Assembly (NCBI GenBank): GCA_037447605.1
Contig: CM074805.1
Location: forward strand, 2,389,361-2,453,360
Length of the DNA stretch: 64,000 nt
Direction: 5' to 3'
Source of the DNA: Zygnema circumcarinatum SAG 698-1b
Taxonomy: Eukaryota > Plantae > Zygnematophyceae
Numbering within the stretch: position 1 is the first letter of the stretch; every line of letters starts with the position of its first letter. Position numbers and translations under genes: made by a program. Below are positions 60,582-64,000 of the stretch, piece by piece. Under the pieces are notes generated by a model. That model was not told the DNA's origin, did no database searches, and saw nothing but the letters and a program-made list of their open reading frames with translations.

Positions 60582-61395
60582 AAACTCCGGTGAAACCACT
60601 TCATCCCATGTGGAGTGACCCGAGAGGGGTCTTTTTGCCATCTAAGGATGGCCGCAACCTCAAGTGTCCGCTCTGTTCTTGAGAGTTTAAAGCAATGGTT
60701 GAGTGAGCAAAGCTGAAGACTGCGGAGGAATTCAAGAGAAATTGTTTGGAGGCGTACAATATGTGGCGAGCAAAAGAGACGCCTTTCGAAAGCTCCAAAG
60801 CGAATGGGAAGATTCAGCTTCAGTTTTAGTTTAAGTTGCGCGTCAATTTTGCATTTTGATGTACAGTGTTTGCACTTTTGCATTCCTTCATTAGTCGGTG
60901 TCTACGTCAGCTTCAGCTTCAGCTTCAGTTTCAGTTTAGTTTGCTCAGACTTTGGGAGATTGAGTGCGATTTTTTTGCTGCAACATCATTATGTTTGCAG
61001 TTTTCATCGTTGCTCAATTTCAAAGTGTAGTTCAAGAGTGTAGCTAAACATGGAACTGGCTGAGCAGCATTTTTCATTTTTCATTTGATTTTTTTTCAAT
61101 GAGAGTGCAATAAAGCGTTCGTAGGAAATTTTTTGCAGTTGTCGCGTTGGTTTATGAGCGTTGTCCTCAATTGTATTTTCTTTCATAAGAACAAATGTGT
61201 TTTTCTTTTCCTGTTGGTTGGCTTTCTCTCTGCCGGTTGTTTTGCAGCACCTCCTTAGTATGTTCATGCTCATGCTGGTTTTGCAAAGCAGCCAGATCTT
61301 GTCCTCTCCTTGTTCCATAATTTGCCCATAATTCTTCCTTTCTGCTCTCCTCCCCTCCCCATGCAGACGAAGAAGCCTTTCAGCTTCCTAACCCT

Positions 61396-61613
61396 AACCC
61401 TCCCCTTCCCCTCCCCTTCCCTTCCCCTTCCCCTCCCCTTCCCTTCCCCTTCCCCTCCCCTTCCCCTCACCTTCCCCTCCCCTTCCGCTCACCTTCCCCT
61501 CCCCTTCCCCTCACCTTCCCCTCCCCTTCCCNNNNNNNNNNTCCCCTCCCCTTCCCCTCCCCTTCCCCTCCCCTTCCCCCCTCCCCTTCCCCTCCACTTC
61601 CCTTCCCCTTCCC
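61396..61613. repeat. Polypyrimidine (CCTTC/CCCCT) satellite containing an assembly gap
   Basis: Almost entirely C and T on the + strand over about 200 bp, with 10 N at 61532-61541. Confidence 0.9.
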
Positions 61614-62484
61614 ACTTGGGAATGGAGAGAGGAAAGAGAGGAGAGGACAGAAGGGAAGTAGAAAAAAAGAGAATGTGTAGAGGATGATGAGAATGAATGG
61701 AAATCGTATGAATGGGACACGAAGAATATATACTTCTGAAAGTTCCATTCTATGTATTGTACCACTTCTGCTGGTGAAACTTGTGTTGATGAATTGGAAG
61801 TTTACGGAGGGGACGGGGAACCACGAGCTTCCTACTTGTGGGTGGGGGTCGCTCTATGCTCCTCGATCCTTTTGTAGTTGCGAATCCCGTAACCTACTGC
61901 ACGGAACTCTCAAATTTTTAGTTACACATTTTTTCCAGTTTTCACTACGGGGGATACATGGAGAATGGTACAAATTGTCCACGTGGCGAGCAATTGGTTC
62001 GTCCTTCGCTTCTCCTCGAACGGCCACGTGGCGTGGTTGGACAATCTATGTGTGCGCTCCGCCGGGTCCGGCTACGGACCGGGTCTGTGTCTGTGCTGCC
62101 GTGTCTGTCACAGTCTCCACTCCATAAAACGAAAGGTCCGCGCTCGAGCACTAGTGGTTTCCGGGAGAGGGGACGGGGGCTCCTTGACATTGTTCCCGTG
62201 AACAGAACTAAACCGTGGGAACATGTGTGGCATGGCCGCATGGAGCATGCACATGGCGATGATGTTGATGATGATGATGATGATGATGGGCATGGGCTGC
62301 ATGGCGCATGTCCCCATGACGGCCCCGCCCCATCATCATCAAACGGGGACACTGCGCGGGGAGCGCGGGGAGCGCGGGGCGGGATGTTTCAGAATTGAAT
62401 TGCTGCGAGCGAGCCATCGCCATGGCTTGGACTGCCCTGCGATAGGAGAGGAGAGCAGCACAGGGAGAAGAAGAGGGGGAAAGA

Positions 62485-64000
62485 ATGGGGGTCCGGACGG
62501 GGGAACGGGGTCTCGAAAACGAGGAGGAGGAGGAGGAGTCAGACGAGGACGACGGGGATTTCCACCCGCTGCTTTGTCGCTTGGAGGGCGACCATGGCTG
62601 CTCCTCCGCCTATGCTTCCTCTGATGACGGCGATGGAGGGAGAGGCATTTTTGGGCATGCGAGGGATGAGGGATGTGTTGTTGGAAGCGAGCTCGATGAA
62701 GAGCAAGCGGAAGGAAAAGATCATGCCGTTGATGATGGTGAGGACGACAATGATAACGACGACGATGATGACGACGATGATGACCACGGTAATGACGACG
62801 ATAATGATGCTGGCCATGATGATGATGATGACAATGGTGTGAGCAAGGAAGGAGAGTCCAATATTGGTAAAGAATCCAAGACTTCGGAAGAGTTTCAGGA
62901 GGAGAGCTCAAGCAGGAGCAAGCCGAACGAGCGTGGAACTCCAACAGGCACGCTGGTGGAGAAGGATTCTGACGCAGGATGCAATGGAACTTTTCCCTTC
63001 GAACGCGAGCTGGAGATAGTGGGAAACGGCAAACAACATATTTCAGGCGTTGTCAGCACTGCTGAGTGTGACGGGTCATCCACACGTAATTGCGTAGCTG
63101 GAGGGAACTTAGAGACGCGGTCCATACACAGCTCTGGAGGGTGGAGAGAACCGAGCGAGTTCTCATCGAGGGCAGGCGATCGTTATCATAGTTGCCAGGA
63201 CATTACTAAGGATAGACAGAACAAACGCTTGGAAGCTGACGTTTCAAGCGATGATGGTGCTGCGGTTGATGACGGTAGCCCTGATAGCCCAATTTGGAAA
63301 CGCACTCGTGCCCACCTTTCCTTGGAAGGCTTATCATTGGATGACCTCGAATCTTTCTTGCAGCACTCAGACGAAGAGGATTACTTCCAAAAAATTGATG
63401 AGGAGGCTGAGTATGCGAAGTTTGTTGCAGCAGTCATGGCCCCTCAACCGCTGCCTGTATCGCCCTCTGCAGTGGAAGGAGAGGAAGATGAGGCTTTGGA
63501 GAAGCCTTCAGATGCTCATGCAGATGGCAACACAAAGAGACATCGGAATATGGACGCGGCCATCATGGTTTCGGACATTGAAGATGATGAGGACGACGAG
63601 GACTTTTTAGCCGATCATGAATTTCTTGCTTTGGATGATGGCTTGCCGTTGGATAACTGCTGGCAGAATGAATCAAATAGCTTGCCTCTTAAGCTGCAGA
63701 AGCAACAGCGAGGATGCAAGCGGATCAAACGATACTCTCAGGCCTCCAGGAAGCCGGACTTCCTCTCTAAGCGCACAGCGTCGCTGCGACCCCTTGTTCC
63801 ATATGTTAATACCTTACCTCGCCAAATTATTCATAGGAGCGGTGCTGTGGTAACACCAGCATTGTCTGGTTTCTCCTCAGAGGTTGCTGACTCGGGTTTG
63901 GGCCCCGTGCCATCAGTTACATCCTTAGCAGCACAACCAGCTTTGCAGACCAACCCCACTCCCTCAGGTTTCTCGTTATCTCAAATAGGCCAATTGTACG
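62485..64000 (+). CDS. DUO3: DUO3 / GON4L(YY1AP1)-like nuclear protein, 5' partial view (continues past the window)
   Basis: Hand translation shows the frame open from ATG 62485 to the window end (505 codons). It encodes EEEEEESDEDDGDFHP, Asp-rich runs, IWKRTRAHLSLEGLSLDDLESFLQHSDEEDYFQKIDEEAEYAKFVAAV (about 63292-63435), LRPLVP and GFSLSQIGQLY. These match recalled DUO3 blocks (ICKRTRARYSL...LDDLEAFLQETDDE..EYRKFLAAV; LRPLVP; GFT..QIG.L). The true start is uncertain. Confidence 0.8.
   Translation, partial: MGVRTGERGLENEEEEEESDEDDGDFHPLLCRLEGDHGCSSAYASSDDGDGGRGIFGHARDEGCVVGSELDEEQAEGKDHAVDDGEDDNDNDDDDDDDDDHGNDDDNDAGHDDDDDNGVSKEGESNIGKESKTSEEFQEESSSRSKPNERGTPTGTLVEKDSDAGCNGTFPFERELEIVGNGKQHISGVVSTAECDGSSTRNCVAGGNLETRSIHSSGGWREPSEFSSRAGDRYHSCQDITKDRQNKRLEADVSSDDGAAVDDGSPDSPIWKRTRAHLSLEGLSLDDLESFLQHSDEEDYFQKIDEEAEYAKFVAAVMAPQPLPVSPSAVEGEEDEALEKPSDAHADGNTKRHRNMDAAIMVSDIEDDEDDEDFLADHEFLALDDGLPLDNCWQNESNSLPLKLQKQQRGCKRIKRYSQASRKPDFLSKRTASLRPLVPYVNTLPRQIIHRSGAVVTPALSGFSSEVADSGLGPVPSVTSLAAQPALQTNPTPSGFSLSQIGQLY

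Noticed and set aside
62339-62944. His-rich 201-aa minus-strand ORF
   Set aside because: It is the antisense reading of the GAT/GAC Asp codon runs of the DUO3-like frame.

Overview
Eukaryotic nuclear DNA from a green plant lineage. Plant-type gene families and many short GT-AG introns suggest a streptophyte alga or bryophyte-grade plant, but the species cannot be fixed from the sequence. The window is gene-dense. Nine complete recognisable genes, assembled by hand from exons: a RING-HC E3 ligase (+), a PLAC8/PCR-family protein (-), succinyl-CoA ligase beta (+), alanine aminotransferase (-), Aquarius (-), a KEULE/SEC1-type SM protein (+), cyclase-associated protein CAP1 (-), XPC/RAD4 (-) and membrane-anchored MDAR4 (-). 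There is also a two-exon gene with no family I recognise (+), and the 5' part of a DUO3/GON4L-like gene (+) that runs off the right edge and is therefore missing from the ORF track. I found no tRNA, rRNA, CRISPR array or autonomous transposon. The best non-coding observations are: a nested pair of MITE-like inverted-repeat elements at 37.6-38.3 kb, the inner one carrying an array of CCGTAC (SBP-box-type) sites; a perfect 29-bp-stem hairpin inside an MDAR4 intron; modular direct and inverted repeats and an 8-mer array in bidirectional promoters; G-box clustering upstream of unrelated genes; and three GC-AG introns. I did not find a convincing new multi-gene system. All homology calls come from recalled family motifs, not database searches.
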